A DNA stretch of 64,000 nt from an uncultured Planctomycetaceae bacterium (GCA_964599535.1 CAZRFP010000001.1:3558-67557); one strand, 5' to 3'; numbered from the stretch's first letter, positions 17,884-29,015 are shown. Program-made: numbers and translations. Notes: generated from the letters alone by a model not told the origin.

Positions 17884-18897
17884 ATGCTCATTCTTGCAAA
17901 ACAAGCTGCCCTCATTGAGCGCGTACCGTCGATGGTTATTCTGATCGGCGTGTTCTTTGTTGGTCTGATCATATTTCATCTGCTGGAGCGGTTGTTTCCG
18001 CCGATCGTGCCGAAGTACGCGGCCGGTCCGACGCGGCGCGGCTATCTCGCCGACATCACGGCGAGCCTCGTGGACGGGCCGGTCCTGTCGAGCCTGACGA
18101 AGATGGCCGCTTATTCACTGATTATCTTCATGCCCAGCTTCCATTTTGACGGGATGGCGGCGTGGCCCTGGTGGATGCAGTTCGCGGTCTTTCTGCTCGT
18201 CAATGATTTCCTGCGGTATTGGCTGCATCGGTGGCATCATTCGAACGATTTTCTCTGGCGGATCCATCGCGTGCATCACACCGTCGTCGAGATGGACGCG
18301 CTGTCGACCTTTCGCGTCCACGCGCTGGAAGCGATCATCAAATACGGCCTGATCGTGCTGCCGTTCCACTTCGTGAATGTTGATCGGTCAGTGATATTGA
18401 TCTACTCCTCCGTCGATATCCTCAAGGGCTTCTGGCACCATGCGAATCTGCGCACGTATATCGGTCCGCTGAATTACATCTTCAACTCGGCCGAGCTGCA
18501 CTGGTGGCACCACTCAACCGAGGCGAAGGGCCAGCTTGCGAATTACGGTTCGATCTTCTCGATCTGGGACTGGCTCTTTGGCACGGCGTATTACGACAAA
18601 GGCAAGTGGCCTGAGAAAATCGGCGTCGAGGGGATGGAGAACTTTCCCGACACTTATCACGAGCTTTTGACGACGGTGCTTTACGACGATGCGGAGGCGA
18701 TGCGGCGCTATCCGAGCAGGGCATTTCCGATTGATATCGATGATGAACCAGCCGAAACGCTCGCCCCGGATTCGGCCGCCGGCACGAACGCGCCGCGGCC
18801 CGAGCTTCGGCGCGAGCCGGCACCGGCGGCTCGTCGCGCGGGCGGAGAGCAGATTGCCGCGAATCCCCCGATGGCTCCAGCCGTTGATCCGTCCTGA
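17884..18897 (+). CDS. fatty acid hydroxylase superfamily (sterol desaturase-like) membrane protein
   Basis: Histidine boxes are HRWHH, HRVHH and WWHH within TM-rich sequence. The C-terminal ~60 aa is a Pro/Ala-rich tail. The alternative start is TTG 17875. Confidence 0.8.
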   Translation: MLILAKQAALIERVPSMVILIGVFFVGLIIFHLLERLFPPIVPKYAAGPTRRGYLADITASLVDGPVLSSLTKMAAYSLIIFMPSFHFDGMAAWPWWMQFAVFLLVNDFLRYWLHRWHHSNDFLWRIHRVHHTVVEMDALSTFRVHALEAIIKYGLIVLPFHFVNVDRSVILIYSSVDILKGFWHHANLRTYIGPLNYIFNSAELHWWHHSTEAKGQLANYGSIFSIWDWLFGTAYYDKGKWPEKIGVEGMENFPDTYHELLTTVLYDDAEAMRRYPSRAFPIDIDDEPAETLAPDSAAGTNAPRPELRREPAPAARRAGGEQIAANPPMAPAVDPS

Positions 18898-18976
18898 CGC
18901 TTTATCTGACAAACCGTCGTCGCCGGAAGCGAGTCTGCACCGCGCGAGATTGTGATTCTGCATGATCGCATTGGAT

Positions 18977-20419
18977 TCACGTTGCTTCCGGCTCGGCGTT
19001 CAATTCCTCGTCGTTGATTCGCGCATTCTTGTCCACTGACCATTGCCAGGCTTTGCACTCTACGCGCTCTACGATGAGATAGGTCGCCACCGCGCATGCC
19101 AGCGCGACGACGTAGGGAAACTCGCTTTCTGCGAGGTATTCCATCGAAATCCACACGCCCATGCCCACCAGGAGCGTCGCATAAGCCGCGACCGGTCCGC
19201 CGCGCTGTCGAAACAGCCCGAAGAACACAATCACCACGACGCCCGCGCTTCCGAACGCCGAGGCGGTTTCCACCAGATCCATCACGCCTCCGCCGTAGAC
19301 CGCAAAGAAAAAAGCGATCACGCCAAAGCACATCACGGCCATTCGATTCAGTCGCAACTTGTGTTCCGGCGGAACCGGCCGCCAGGAGCAGACCAGGTTT
19401 TCCGTTGTCAGAGCGGAGGCGGCCAGCAGGGCGCTGTCGACCGTCGAAAGGATGGCCGACAACAGCGCGCCGACGAAGATGATGTACAGCACCGGTCCGA
19501 CGTGCATTCGCACGACGGTCGCGAGCAGTTGCTCGTGGTCTTCAATATCCGGCACGATATGCGGACCGAGCAGTCCGATCGTGATCGGGATGATACCGAT
19601 GAAAAGGTACATGGCTGACGCACCGAAGCAGGCGCGGCGTGCGACAGTCGGCGATCGCGCGGCGAGTACGCGAGCGATCAACTCCTGTGCAACGACGGAG
19701 CCGCAGATCGGCACGAGCCATTGTTCCGCGTTGACGAAGAGCGAAGAATGCCACGCCCCATGTGACGGAAACAGCGTGAGCCGGTGCGTATCGATTTCCG
19801 CCAGCGCCGCCGAGACGCCGCCGACACTGCTGAGGATGGCAAAGAATGCAAGGATCAGGCCGATGATCAGGATGCCGCCCTGCAAGATGTCGGTAATGGC
19901 GTCGGCCATGAGTCCGCCGGCCATGGTGTAAATGATGACGACGCCGGCGGCGATGGCGATGGCGGTGTTGGTGCTGAGGGTCGATGATGCCGCGAGAATC
20001 TGGCCGAAGGCGCGAATCTGCGCCCCGGCCCATATCACCGATGTGGGCACCATCATGAGCGTGGCGAGCCGTTCGACGCCGGGTGAATAGCGCTGGCGAA
20101 ACAAATCGCTGAGCGTCATGAGGCCGCGATTCCAAAGCGGTTTCGCGAGAACGAGACCCATGAGGAGGATGCACAGCCCGTAGCCGAAGGGATCATGCGC
20201 GGCGGCGAAAAGTCCTTCGCTGTGTATCTTTGAGGTCGAACCGATGCACGTTTCCGCGCCGAACCACGTGGCGAAGATGCTGAACGTGGCAAGCAGATAG
20301 CCGAAGCTGCGTCCGGCCAGCACGTAGTCGGTTTCGTCCTTGATTCTGCGCGAGACGTAAAATCCGATGCCAAGCTGCACGGCCATGTAAGCGCCGACGC
20401 CGATGAGCGTGTAGTTCAA
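18977..20419 (-). CDS. sodium:solute symporter (SSS) family transporter
   Basis: The N-terminus GIGFYVSRRIKDETDYVLAGRSFG..TWFGAETCIG is typical of SSS proteins. About 13 TM segments. Confidence 0.85.
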   Translation of the reverse strand: MNYTLIGVGAYMAVQLGIGFYVSRRIKDETDYVLAGRSFGYLLATFSIFATWFGAETCIGSTSKIHSEGLFAAAHDPFGYGLCILLMGLVLAKPLWNRGLMTLSDLFRQRYSPGVERLATLMMVPTSVIWAGAQIRAFGQILAASSTLSTNTAIAIAAGVVIIYTMAGGLMADAITDILQGGILIIGLILAFFAILSSVGGVSAALAEIDTHRLTLFPSHGAWHSSLFVNAEQWLVPICGSVVAQELIARVLAARSPTVARRACFGASAMYLFIGIIPITIGLLGPHIVPDIEDHEQLLATVVRMHVGPVLYIIFVGALLSAILSTVDSALLAASALTTENLVCSWRPVPPEHKLRLNRMAVMCFGVIAFFFAVYGGGVMDLVETASAFGSAGVVVIVFFGLFRQRGGPVAAYATLLVGMGVWISMEYLAESEFPYVVALACAVATYLIVERVECKAWQWSVDKNARINDEELNAEPEAT

Positions 20420-20514
20420 CGAGGTCTCCTGTTCCGGATTTCCATGCCGAAACGCGCATGGCCCTGGCGCGGCCGATCAACCCGCAAACGAAGCATTATC
20501 TGACATTCAATCTG

Positions 20515-21657
20515 TCATTCAATGGCGGCGCACGCATCGATTTGTTTCGCCGTTTCTTCGGCGACGGCTTCGACCGAGAGATCGTTCATGCATTTGTGCT
20601 GATGCGGGCACTGGTGGAGGCGGCGGAAATAGCATGGCGAGCACGCCAGCGGCAGACGCACGACATCGCCGATTCGCCCGTGGGGGCCGGTGCGCGCCGG
20701 ATTCGTCGGACCGAAGAGCGCCACGAGCGGTCGCTGGTGCGCGGCCGCGATGTGCATCGGCGCTGAATCGGCCGTGACGACGACGGCCGCGCGGTCGATC
20801 ATGGCGGCAAGTTGGCGAAAGGTCGTTTGTCCGCAGAGGTTAATCGCGGCGGCGGCCGTGCCGGTGGCATCGCGCGCGGCCTGTACGGCGCGATCGGCGT
20901 CATCGCGATCCGATGCCGCGCCGACGAGCACGGCGGGGATGCCGTGGCGATCGAAGAGCATTCGGGCGAGTCGTCCGAATCGCTCGGGCGGCCAACGCTT
21001 GGTCTCCCATCGGGTTCCGGGCACAAGCAGGGCGAAGCGTTGATCGGAGTTGATGCGCGATTGTGTCAGGAGTGCCTCTGACGCGGCACGATCGTCGCTC
21101 GTCACCGCGACGCGAAAATCGCGCGGGGCGTCGCCGAAGCCGAGCAGCGCCGCGACGGCGTGCAGTTTGTCGGCGGCGTGCATATCGCGCGGCAGGGGCG
21201 GGATGCGGCGATTGTAGAATATCCACGCCATCTCGCGGCTGTCTCGAAAGCCGATGCGAACAGGCGCGCCCGAGAAGATCGACATGAATCCGCTGCGGAT
21301 CAGCCCTTGCAAGTCGATCACAAGCTCGAACCGTCTTGTCCGCAGCTCGCGCACGAATGTCCAGAAATCCAATGTGACGCGAAGGCTCCTGCCGATGCGG
21401 GCGAAATGGCGGCGGTCAAACGGGATGATCTCGCTCAACGCCGGATCGGCTTCGAGAAGATTGACGAAAGGCGTCGCCACAAGCCACGCAATGTGCGCTG
21501 CGGGATAGCGCCGGCGAAGCCCGCGCAGGATCGGCAGCGCGTGAATGATGTCGCCCGGCGAACTGGGCTTGATGATGAGGATGCGATTAAACTCGCGGCC
21601 GGACAGTTCGGGTGACGACCGCGGAAAATCGAGTTGACCGGTTTCCACTTCGCTCAT
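20515..21657 (-). CDS. glycosyltransferase family 9 (heptosyltransferase-like)
   Basis: Family-typical segments are ILIIKPSSPGDIIHALPIL, GTRWETKRWP and TADSAPMHIAAA. There is a 4-nt overlap (ATGA) with prmC upstream. Confidence 0.85.
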   Translation of the reverse strand: MSEVETGQLDFPRSSPELSGREFNRILIIKPSSPGDIIHALPILRGLRRRYPAAHIAWLVATPFVNLLEADPALSEIIPFDRRHFARIGRSLRVTLDFWTFVRELRTRRFELVIDLQGLIRSGFMSIFSGAPVRIGFRDSREMAWIFYNRRIPPLPRDMHAADKLHAVAALLGFGDAPRDFRVAVTSDDRAASEALLTQSRINSDQRFALLVPGTRWETKRWPPERFGRLARMLFDRHGIPAVLVGAASDRDDADRAVQAARDATGTAAAAINLCGQTTFRQLAAMIDRAAVVVTADSAPMHIAAAHQRPLVALFGPTNPARTGPHGRIGDVVRLPLACSPCYFRRLHQCPHQHKCMNDLSVEAVAEETAKQIDACAAIE

Positions 21658-22556
21658 GCGGATATTGTAAAGGCGAGCGTTCGCTCAATCCCGGCGAGAT
21701 CGCGGCATCGTGCGGCTGGTCGAAGTCCGGATGCGCTGTTGAAGAGCGATACGATATCGTCGCCCTGGCTGCGGCCGATCTCGAGCAGGAGCAGTCCGTC
21801 CGGCTTGAGCATCGAGGCAACGGTCGACGCCAGCCGGCGGTAGACCTCCAGCCCGTCGTCGCCGGCAAAGAGTGCCAGATGGGGTTCGAAGTTTCGAACA
21901 TTCGGCGCGAGCGTGTCTGCATCGCGCTGTGCGACATATGGCGGATTTGAGACGATGAGGTCGAATCCGCCCTCTGGTGCCATGCCCGCCGGCAGATCGA
22001 GCAAATCGGCCTCGACGAATCGAATACGATCCGCGACGCCGTGTGTTTGCGCGTTCTCCTCGGCGACGACCAGCGCCGCCTGGGATATGTCCGACGCGAC
22101 GGCGGCGAGATGCGGCACGCGCTTGGCGAGCGTGACGGCGAGACATCCGCTGCCCGTGCCGATGTCGAGCATCGTGCAGGATTCGGGGCGGACGGATGCG
22201 ATCCATGCCAGCGCTTGTTCGATGATTAACTCGGTCTCAGGCCGCGGAATGAGTACGTCCGGCGTGACTCTGAAGTCGAGCGAGTAGAACTCGCGCCGTC
22301 CGACGAGGTAGGCAATCGGATGATGTTCGGCGGCGGCCTTGACGAGTTCGCGATATTCGGCGCGCTGCTCGGGCGTGGGCGATTCGTTGAATCGCGTGTA
22401 GAGCATGATCTTCTTGCACTGCAGGACTTTGGCCAGCAGCAATTCGGCGCAGAGGCGGGCGTCGTCGATGCCCTTGGACTGAAAATGCTGCCGCGTCCAG
22501 TCGAGCAGCTTGCCGATGGTCCATTCGCCGTTGGTCTGGGTGGCAGGTTTGCTCAT
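21654..22556 (-). CDS. prmC: peptide chain release factor N5-glutamine methyltransferase
   Basis: Carries the SAM motif LDIGTGSGC and the catalytic SNPPY, preceded by the typical HemK N-terminal domain. Confidence 0.85.
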   Translation of the reverse strand: MSKPATQTNGEWTIGKLLDWTRQHFQSKGIDDARLCAELLLAKVLQCKKIMLYTRFNESPTPEQRAEYRELVKAAAEHHPIAYLVGRREFYSLDFRVTPDVLIPRPETELIIEQALAWIASVRPESCTMLDIGTGSGCLAVTLAKRVPHLAAVASDISQAALVVAEENAQTHGVADRIRFVEADLLDLPAGMAPEGGFDLIVSNPPYVAQRDADTLAPNVRNFEPHLALFAGDDGLEVYRRLASTVASMLKPDGLLLLEIGRSQGDDIVSLFNSASGLRPAARCRDLAGIERTLAFTISA

Positions 22557-22567
22557 GGGGTTCCGAT

Positions 22568-23482
22568 TCAGCGCGCTTCACACGGGGCCGGCGGCGTATC
22601 GTAAGCGATGCCGGCGCACACTTCCACGACCGCGCGCATCGCGGCGACGTCGTGGACGCGCACCAGGTCCGCGCCAGCCAGCGCCGCATGCGCGACCGCC
22701 GCAGCCGTTCCGAACAGCCGCGCCGGCGACGCAGCCGCGCCGGGGGCGGCGGGATCGGCCTCGCCGAGAAGCTCGCCAACTAATCGCTTGCGCGAGACGC
22801 CGATGAGCAGCGGCCGCTTCGCGCCGAATTCGGCCGCCGCCGCGCGGATGAGGGCGAGATTGTGCGCCCTCGTCTTGCCGAAGCCGATGCCGGGATCGAC
22901 GATCATCCGCCGATCCACATCGATGCCGGCGGCGGCGAGCGCTTCGGCCCGCTCGTCGAAGAACGCGCCGACGTCGGCGACGACATCCTGATAATGCGGA
23001 TCGCGCTGCATGGTCTGCGGCGTGCCGAGCATGTGCATAATGATGAAGGGCGCTCCGCTATCGGCCAGCAGGCGCGGCATGGCGGGATCGTGCCGCGCGC
23101 CCGACACGTCGTTGATGATGTCCGCCCCGGCATCGATCGCCGCGCGGGCGACGGCGGCGTCGCGCGTGTCGATCGAGATGGGCGTCGTGACGCCCGCGGC
23201 GCGCGCCGCTCGGATGACCGGCACAACGCGCGTGATCTGTTCCTCGGTCGGCACGCCGGTCGAACCGGGCCGCGTGGATTCGCCGCCAATGTCGATGACG
23301 TCGGCGCCGTCGCGTTGCATCTCGACGGCGTATGCGACGGCGTCGCCAGTCGAAAGGAATCGGCCTCCGTCGCTGAAGCTGTCGGGCGTGACGTTGAGCA
23401 CGCCCATGATGAGGCATCGCCGGCCGAAGCGCAGCTCGCCGCGTGGCGTGGGCAGTGTGCGCAGGGGGCGGCGAATCGGCAT
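22568..23482 (-). CDS. folP: dihydropteroate synthase
   Basis: Motifs are GVLNVTPDSFSDGG, DIGGESTRPG and GFGK. The start is set at MPIRRP; the longer ORF reaching 23566 has an implausible N-terminus. Confidence 0.9.
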   Translation of the reverse strand: MPIRRPLRTLPTPRGELRFGRRCLIMGVLNVTPDSFSDGGRFLSTGDAVAYAVEMQRDGADVIDIGGESTRPGSTGVPTEEQITRVVPVIRAARAAGVTTPISIDTRDAAVARAAIDAGADIINDVSGARHDPAMPRLLADSGAPFIIMHMLGTPQTMQRDPHYQDVVADVGAFFDERAEALAAAGIDVDRRMIVDPGIGFGKTRAHNLALIRAAAAEFGAKRPLLIGVSRKRLVGELLGEADPAAPGAAASPARLFGTAAAVAHAALAGADLVRVHDVAAMRAVVEVCAGIAYDTPPAPCEAR

Positions 23483-23693
23483 GGCGCTTTCGGGGATCAC
23501 GCGGGGATGATAGGCTGATTCGCCACGGCAACAAGTGTTGCGGGATTTCCTTGCGCTGTGGAGCATGGCGCCGTGAAGGAAAGGCGCTGAGGCGCCGGCG
23601 TCTCGTCGGTGCGGTCAGCGGCATTCGACACGGTCCAGACGCCCGTGCCACAGAGCGCGAGCGGAAATCGCCTTACGAAGTGGAACGCGCGGA

Positions 23694-26288
23694 ATGGCGG
23701 CGAATACACACATGGCCGGCGGTGAAACGATGACTGCACCTCTTCCGCGCCGGCAACTGGCGCTGCTTCTGCTTGCGCCGGCCGGCATGGCGATCGTTCT
23801 GGGCTTTCCAACGCTTCGAGCCGACTTCACCAGCGGCGATGATCAGCGATTCATCACCGAGCACTTCCTCGTGGCCAATGCATCGCTTGAAAACGCGCTT
23901 CGGCTGCTTGCCATTGTTCACGGCGACTTATACCAGCCGCTGCCGATGCTCAGCTTTCAGGCGAACTACGCCGCCGCGGAGCCGATGCCGGACTCCCGCT
24001 TTGGCGTCAGCGCGTGGGGTTTTCATTTGACGAATGTGCTGCTGCATGCCGCGAATGCCGCGATGGCGGCACTGTTGGCGCTGCGGCTGTCGCGAAGGCC
24101 GGCCGTCGCGGTGCTCGCCGGGCTGATGTTTGCATGCCATCCATTTGCGGTGGAAGCGGTGGCATGGGTCTCCGGGCGAATGATGCTGATGGGCGCGTTC
24201 TTCGCGCTGGCGACGATGCTGTTGTGCCTGCGAGTCAGCGCGGCGGAATCGACGGCTGCAATCGCGAGCGGCGGCCGCCGCATGACGTCGCCCACGTTAC
24301 AGTGGATCATCGCGGCGCTCGCATGGCTGGCGTCGCTGCTGTCGAAGGTGCTGCCGACGGTTCCACTCGCCGCGGCCTGGCTGGCTTATCGTGAACGAAC
24401 ATCGCTGCGGCGGCGAGAGGTCGTGCTGTATGGCGCGCTGCTTGTCATGGCCGTCGCCGCGGCGGCGCTGGCGGTGAAGACATCGCGCGCGGCGGGCTTC
24501 GTCGGCGAGGATGGCGAGTTCGCTGCGACGCCGTTCGTGAGTCCGGCGCTGGCGACGGGCTATTACATCGAAAACTACTTTCTGCCCCGGCGGCTTTCAC
24601 CGTGGGTTCCGCCGGCCGATGGTGTCACAATCGCGTCGCCCATGTTCTGGCGGGCCGCACTGGAGATCGCCGCTCTTGCCGCCCTTGCGGCGTGGCTGCG
24701 AAAGCAATCGCCGACCGCCCTCGCGGGGATCGTCCTGTTCGCGCTGCTGCTCGCGCCGTTTCTTTTCACGACGGCCGCGCGGCGGTTTCTCGCGGCCGAT
24801 CGGTACATGTATCTGCCGATCTTCGGACTGCATCTGGCCGTCGCCGATCTGCTGGTGCGGCTGTCGGACCGGCTCGATCGCGCGCTGATGCCGTCACTAC
24901 GTCATCGCTATCTCTTGCTGCCTGCCGCCGTGATGCTCGCACCCTGGCTGATGATCGGGTGGAACCTCTCGCTCGCGTGGAGCGATACCGTCTCGCGCGA
25001 TCTGCGCGTGGCAGCCGTTTACCCCGATCATCCGCTGGTGCACTATGAACTGGCAAAGGCTTACAACTTCTCGGCACGGCCGGACCGCGCGCTCGACGTG
25101 ATCGACCGCGCCCGCGAACGTTGGCCGGACAACCCCCGCCTCGCCGCGCAGGCCGGCGAGGCGTTTCGCCTGCAAGAGGATTGGGCATTCGCCGAGAAGG
25201 AACTGGCCTACGCCGCGAAGCACATGCCCGGCCACACGACGACGCGCTATCACCTCGCGCTGGTGCTCGAGCAACTTGGCCGTCGCGAAGAGGCCGCCGC
25301 GCAGCTCGCGGAGATCGTCGCTTCGCGTCCGGGATATCTGCCGGCGTGGACATCGCTCGGTCGGCTGCGCCGCGCGGCCGGTGACGAGGACGGCGCGATC
25401 AATGCCTACAACCGTGCGCTGGAGATCAACGCCGACCATCGCACGGCGCTGCTCGAATTGGCGAACTTGTACATCGCGCGGAACCGCGCAGCCGACGCGA
25501 TACCCCTGCTGCAGCGCGTGCTGCGGAACGACTCGCGCGACGCGCGGGCCAGATTCACTTTCGCCGTTGCGCTGGTGGCGGTCGACCGCGCGGCTGACGC
25601 ATTGCCGCACTATGACTTGCTGATCGCCGGAGACGAGGCCAATGTCGTTTTGCGATTGAATCGCGGCGCGGCCTGCGCCCACGTCGGAGCGCTCGAGAAG
25701 GCCGAGCAGGACTATCTCTATGTCGCGACGGAGCGGCCGGAGATACTCGAACCGTTCATCGCGCTGCACGAATTGCTCGTGCAGCAGCGGCGCTTCGATC
25801 GTAACCGAGAGCTTTGGCAGTTTCGCACGGAGCGGATCGGTCACACGCCGGAGAACATGGCCTGCATGACGTGGGCGCACATGCTGGCGGGCGACAGGAC
25901 GAGCGCCGAAGCGGCGTATGGCGAGTTGTCGGAGGGCACGCCAAGCCTGGCGCTGGCGCGATGGGCGTTCGCTCATGACGCCTTGCGGCGCGGGGATGAT
26001 GAGGCGCTGGCCGGGCAGCTCGACGCAATCGTTCGATGGCCGGCCGAGCCGGCTTTATCGTCGCAGTCCGATCGGCTCGAATGGCACGGGCGGGTCATCC
26101 AGCCGGCACTCAGCGGCCTGCCTGTGGAGATCCGAAATTCGCGCGCTGGTCGTGTGACGCTTGCGTGCTGCCTGTATTACACAGGCCGAAGTGACGTAGC
26201 GACGGAGTTGTTGGAGCAGATTGCGCGTGAGACTGAGCGAGATGAATGGGTGGAGCGTGCGCGGTCGTATCTCAAGTACGTTCAGTAA
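23694..26288 (+). CDS. GT-C-like (PMT/TMTC-type) polytopic membrane domain fused to C-terminal TPR repeats
   Basis: The first ~430 aa have many TM helices, with a DDQRF...YQPL loop after TM1. About 400 aa of TPR-like repeats follow (e.g. AINAYNRALEINADHRTALLELANLY). Confidence 0.7.
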   Translation: MAANTHMAGGETMTAPLPRRQLALLLLAPAGMAIVLGFPTLRADFTSGDDQRFITEHFLVANASLENALRLLAIVHGDLYQPLPMLSFQANYAAAEPMPDSRFGVSAWGFHLTNVLLHAANAAMAALLALRLSRRPAVAVLAGLMFACHPFAVEAVAWVSGRMMLMGAFFALATMLLCLRVSAAESTAAIASGGRRMTSPTLQWIIAALAWLASLLSKVLPTVPLAAAWLAYRERTSLRRREVVLYGALLVMAVAAAALAVKTSRAAGFVGEDGEFAATPFVSPALATGYYIENYFLPRRLSPWVPPADGVTIASPMFWRAALEIAALAALAAWLRKQSPTALAGIVLFALLLAPFLFTTAARRFLAADRYMYLPIFGLHLAVADLLVRLSDRLDRALMPSLRHRYLLLPAAVMLAPWLMIGWNLSLAWSDTVSRDLRVAAVYPDHPLVHYELAKAYNFSARPDRALDVIDRARERWPDNPRLAAQAGEAFRLQEDWAFAEKELAYAAKHMPGHTTTRYHLALVLEQLGRREEAAAQLAEIVASRPGYLPAWTSLGRLRRAAGDEDGAINAYNRALEINADHRTALLELANLYIARNRAADAIPLLQRVLRNDSRDARARFTFAVALVAVDRAADALPHYDLLIAGDEANVVLRLNRGAACAHVGALEKAEQDYLYVATERPEILEPFIALHELLVQQRRFDRNRELWQFRTERIGHTPENMACMTWAHMLAGDRTSAEAAYGELSEGTPSLALARWAFAHDALRRGDDEALAGQLDAIVRWPAEPALSSQSDRLEWHGRVIQPALSGLPVEIRNSRAGRVTLACCLYYTGRSDVATELLEQIARETERDEWVERARSYLKYVQ

Positions 26289-26763
26289 GCCAAGAAGAAT
26301 TGGCAAGCGAACGTGTGAAGGGATTGTTTGAGGCGAACGATTTTGACGTGCCGGTGGTATTCACGCGCGGCGCGCCACCGTTTCCTGACGGGCTTGGCTC
26401 TGAATGCGCGGCTTTGATAGTCCGGCCCACGACTTCTCATTGTTGCGCGGCATGCTTTCTAACGGTCGCGTCTGGGATGTGCGGGCCTGATTGTTCGGAA
26501 CGAGTTGAGTGCTTCATGACTTCTCGACTGCGTGAGAATCCGCATGAGGCATTCCGGCGGGGCGGGTTTCCGCGCGGCGATCGCCCTGACTGGGGGCTGG
26601 TCGGGATTCCAACTTACGATGAGATAACCAGTTAGCCGGCGCGGCACCGGCGTTGCAGTGTCCTCCCTCATCGAGCGATCGATATGCGTCCGCGGGCGAC
26701 GCCGAATGGGCGGCGCGGCTGGGGTTCGGATGCGGCGACGCGCGAGGACGAGGACGGTCAGCC

Positions 26764-28473
26764 ATGAAAACCGCGACGATGCAACAAGCCCGCACACACT
26801 CAGTCGACGCACATCGCGAGGGGCCGCGCGGCGTTGATCTGCTGCACAATCCGACACTGAACAAGGACGCGGCCTTCACGCTGGCCGAACGTGATCGACT
26901 CGGTCTGCGCGGACTGGTGCCGTACAGCCGTCTCTCGATCGAGCAGCAGATTCAGCTTGAGATGGAGCGACTGCGCGCCAAGAGTAGTGATCTGGAGAAG
27001 TTCATCGGGCTGGTCTCGCTGCAGGATCGCAATGAGACGCTGTTCTATCGGGTGATGATCGAGAATCTGCCCGAACTGATGCCGATCGTCTACACGCCGG
27101 TCGTGGGTCATGCCTGCCAGCAATACAGCCATATCTATCGGCGGCCGCGCGGCCTGTGGATCACGCCGGATGACATCGATCGCATTCCGGATATTCTGAG
27201 CAATTCACCGAATAAGGACGTTCGCTTGATTGTCGTAACCGACAACGAGCGCATTCTCGGGCTGGGTGATCAGGGCGCCGGCGGCATCGGCATTCCGATC
27301 GGCAAGATTTCGCTGTACGTCGCCGGCGCCGGCATTCATCCGTCGCGCACGCTGCCGATCAGCCTCGATGTGGGCACGAACAATGCCGATTTGCTGAACG
27401 ATCCGTTCTACATGGGCTATCGCGAGCGGCGCCTGCGCGGCGAGGCGTATGACAAGTTCATCGAGGCCTTCGTCGAGGCGGTGCGCGAGGTGTTCCCCCG
27501 TGCTCTGGTGCAGTGGGAAGACTTTCACAAGAACATCGCGTTCGGCATTCTCGATCGCTATCGCCGGCGGATCACGAGCTTCAACGACGACATCCAGGGC
27601 ACCTCGGCCGTGGCGCTGGCCGGCATGCTCGCTTCGCTGCGAATCACGAAGACAAAGCTGGCCGATCAGCGGATTCTCTACGTCGGCGCGGGCGCGGCGG
27701 GCGTGGGCATCGGCCGGCTGGTGCGCTCAGCGATGATCGAGCAGGGCGTCGACGCCCGCGCGATCAAGCTCTCGCAGGTCTTCATGGATACGAACGGTCT
27801 GCTGCATAAGGGCCGCCCGATTCAGGACGCCCACAAGCAGGAGTTCGCCCTTGATGCCGAAGCGATGGCACACTACGGCATGGACAAGAACCCGCCAATG
27901 AGCCTGCTCGACGTGGTGCATCATGTGAAGCCGACGATCATCCTCGGCGCGACGGCCACGCCGGGCACCTTCAGCGAGGCGGTCATCAAGGAGATGGCGC
28001 GGCACGTGGAGCGGCCGGTCGTGCTGCCGTTCAGCAATCCGACATCGAAAGCCGAGTGCACGCCGGAAGAGGCGATCCGTTGGACGGACGGCCGCGCGCT
28101 GGTGGCAACGGGCAGTCCGTTCGCGCCGGTGACGTATCGCGGCAAGACGCACGTGATCGGTCAGGGCAACAACGTGTTCATCTTCCCCGGCGTGGGCCTG
28201 GGCACGATCCTCTCTGAAATGCGCGAGGTGACGGATACGGTCTTCCTTGTCGCGGCCAAGACGCTGGCGGAGTGCATCACGCAGGATCGGCTCGATGCCG
28301 GTGCGATCTATCCGGATCAGAGCATGCTTCGCGAAGTGAGCCGTCGCATCGCCTGCGCCGTGGTTCGCGAGGCGCGCGACTCCAAGCTGGGGCGCATCGT
28401 CGACGACCGCGAGATCGAAAGCTGGGTTGACTCGAAGGTGTGGTATCCGAAATATGAGGACGATGTGGACTAG
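26764..28473 (+). CDS. maeA: NAD-dependent malic enzyme
   Basis: Motifs are [38 protein letters not shown] and GAGAAGVG. Length is 569 aa from ATG 26764. Confidence 0.9.
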   Translation: MKTATMQQARTHSVDAHREGPRGVDLLHNPTLNKDAAFTLAERDRLGLRGLVPYSRLSIEQQIQLEMERLRAKSSDLEKFIGLVSLQDRNETLFYRVMIENLPELMPIVYTPVVGHACQQYSHIYRRPRGLWITPDDIDRIPDILSNSPNKDVRLIVVTDNERILGLGDQGAGGIGIPIGKISLYVAGAGIHPSRTLPISLDVGTNNADLLNDPFYMGYRERRLRGEAYDKFIEAFVEAVREVFPRALVQWEDFHKNIAFGILDRYRRRITSFNDDIQGTSAVALAGMLASLRITKTKLADQRILYVGAGAAGVGIGRLVRSAMIEQGVDARAIKLSQVFMDTNGLLHKGRPIQDAHKQEFALDAEAMAHYGMDKNPPMSLLDVVHHVKPTIILGATATPGTFSEAVIKEMARHVERPVVLPFSNPTSKAECTPEEAIRWTDGRALVATGSPFAPVTYRGKTHVIGQGNNVFIFPGVGLGTILSEMREVTDTVFLVAAKTLAECITQDRLDAGAIYPDQSMLREVSRRIACAVVREARDSKLGRIVDDREIESWVDSKVWYPKYEDDVD

Positions 28474-28483
28474 GCGCAGGCCG

Positions 28484-28753
28484 CTAAGAGTCCGGCGTTG
28501 TTAAAGTGCTGTTGGCGCAGCGCGAATCGGCCACGGATCGCGGGGCAACCGGCGGTCCGGCATCGCGAGAGAGACGCACGATATACTTCGCGTTGCACTG
28601 TCGACATCGAAATACGCGGCTGGGCGCGAGGCGGCGGAGAATCGCCGGATGCTCGCAATTGGGGCAGAGGACGTATGCCGGAAGCGCGCCAGCTTCGTTC
28701 GGCTCGATGTCTCGATACAGATTTCGGGCGACCATTTCCAGAAGTTCCTTCAC
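28484..28753 (-). CDS. small hypothetical Zn-ribbon protein
   Basis: 89 aa with CPNC...CRQC pairs and a GTG start. Convergent with the malic enzyme gene, with stops 10 bp apart. Confidence 0.4.
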   Translation of the reverse strand: MKELLEMVARNLYRDIEPNEAGALPAYVLCPNCEHPAILRRLAPSRVFRCRQCNAKYIVRLSRDAGPPVAPRSVADSRCANSTLTTPDS

Positions 28754-29015
28754 AGGGTGCGCCGTGAACGGATATAAAATCCGGTTCGACGGTGCTTCAG
28801 AGACCAGCCCACTCTCTTACATCCCTACGATCGACTAAACGATGCACACACGATGATATTTCGCATCCGCGCCGGATTATTTTGAAGCCGATAATTTCGG
28901 TCTGTGGCAGCGAGGGCACGCGAAAAGTATGGCATATTGATTGCTGTGTGCGTCGTAACGGCGTACATCGCGGAATGGAGCGGCATGTCGCATCGCAGCC
29001 GGCACACATGTGCAT

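Noticed and set aside
26246-26635. 129-aa ORF in the gap between the TPR protein gene and the malic enzyme gene
   Set aside because: It overlaps the end of the upstream gene, has atypical composition and has no RBS. It is treated as non-coding.
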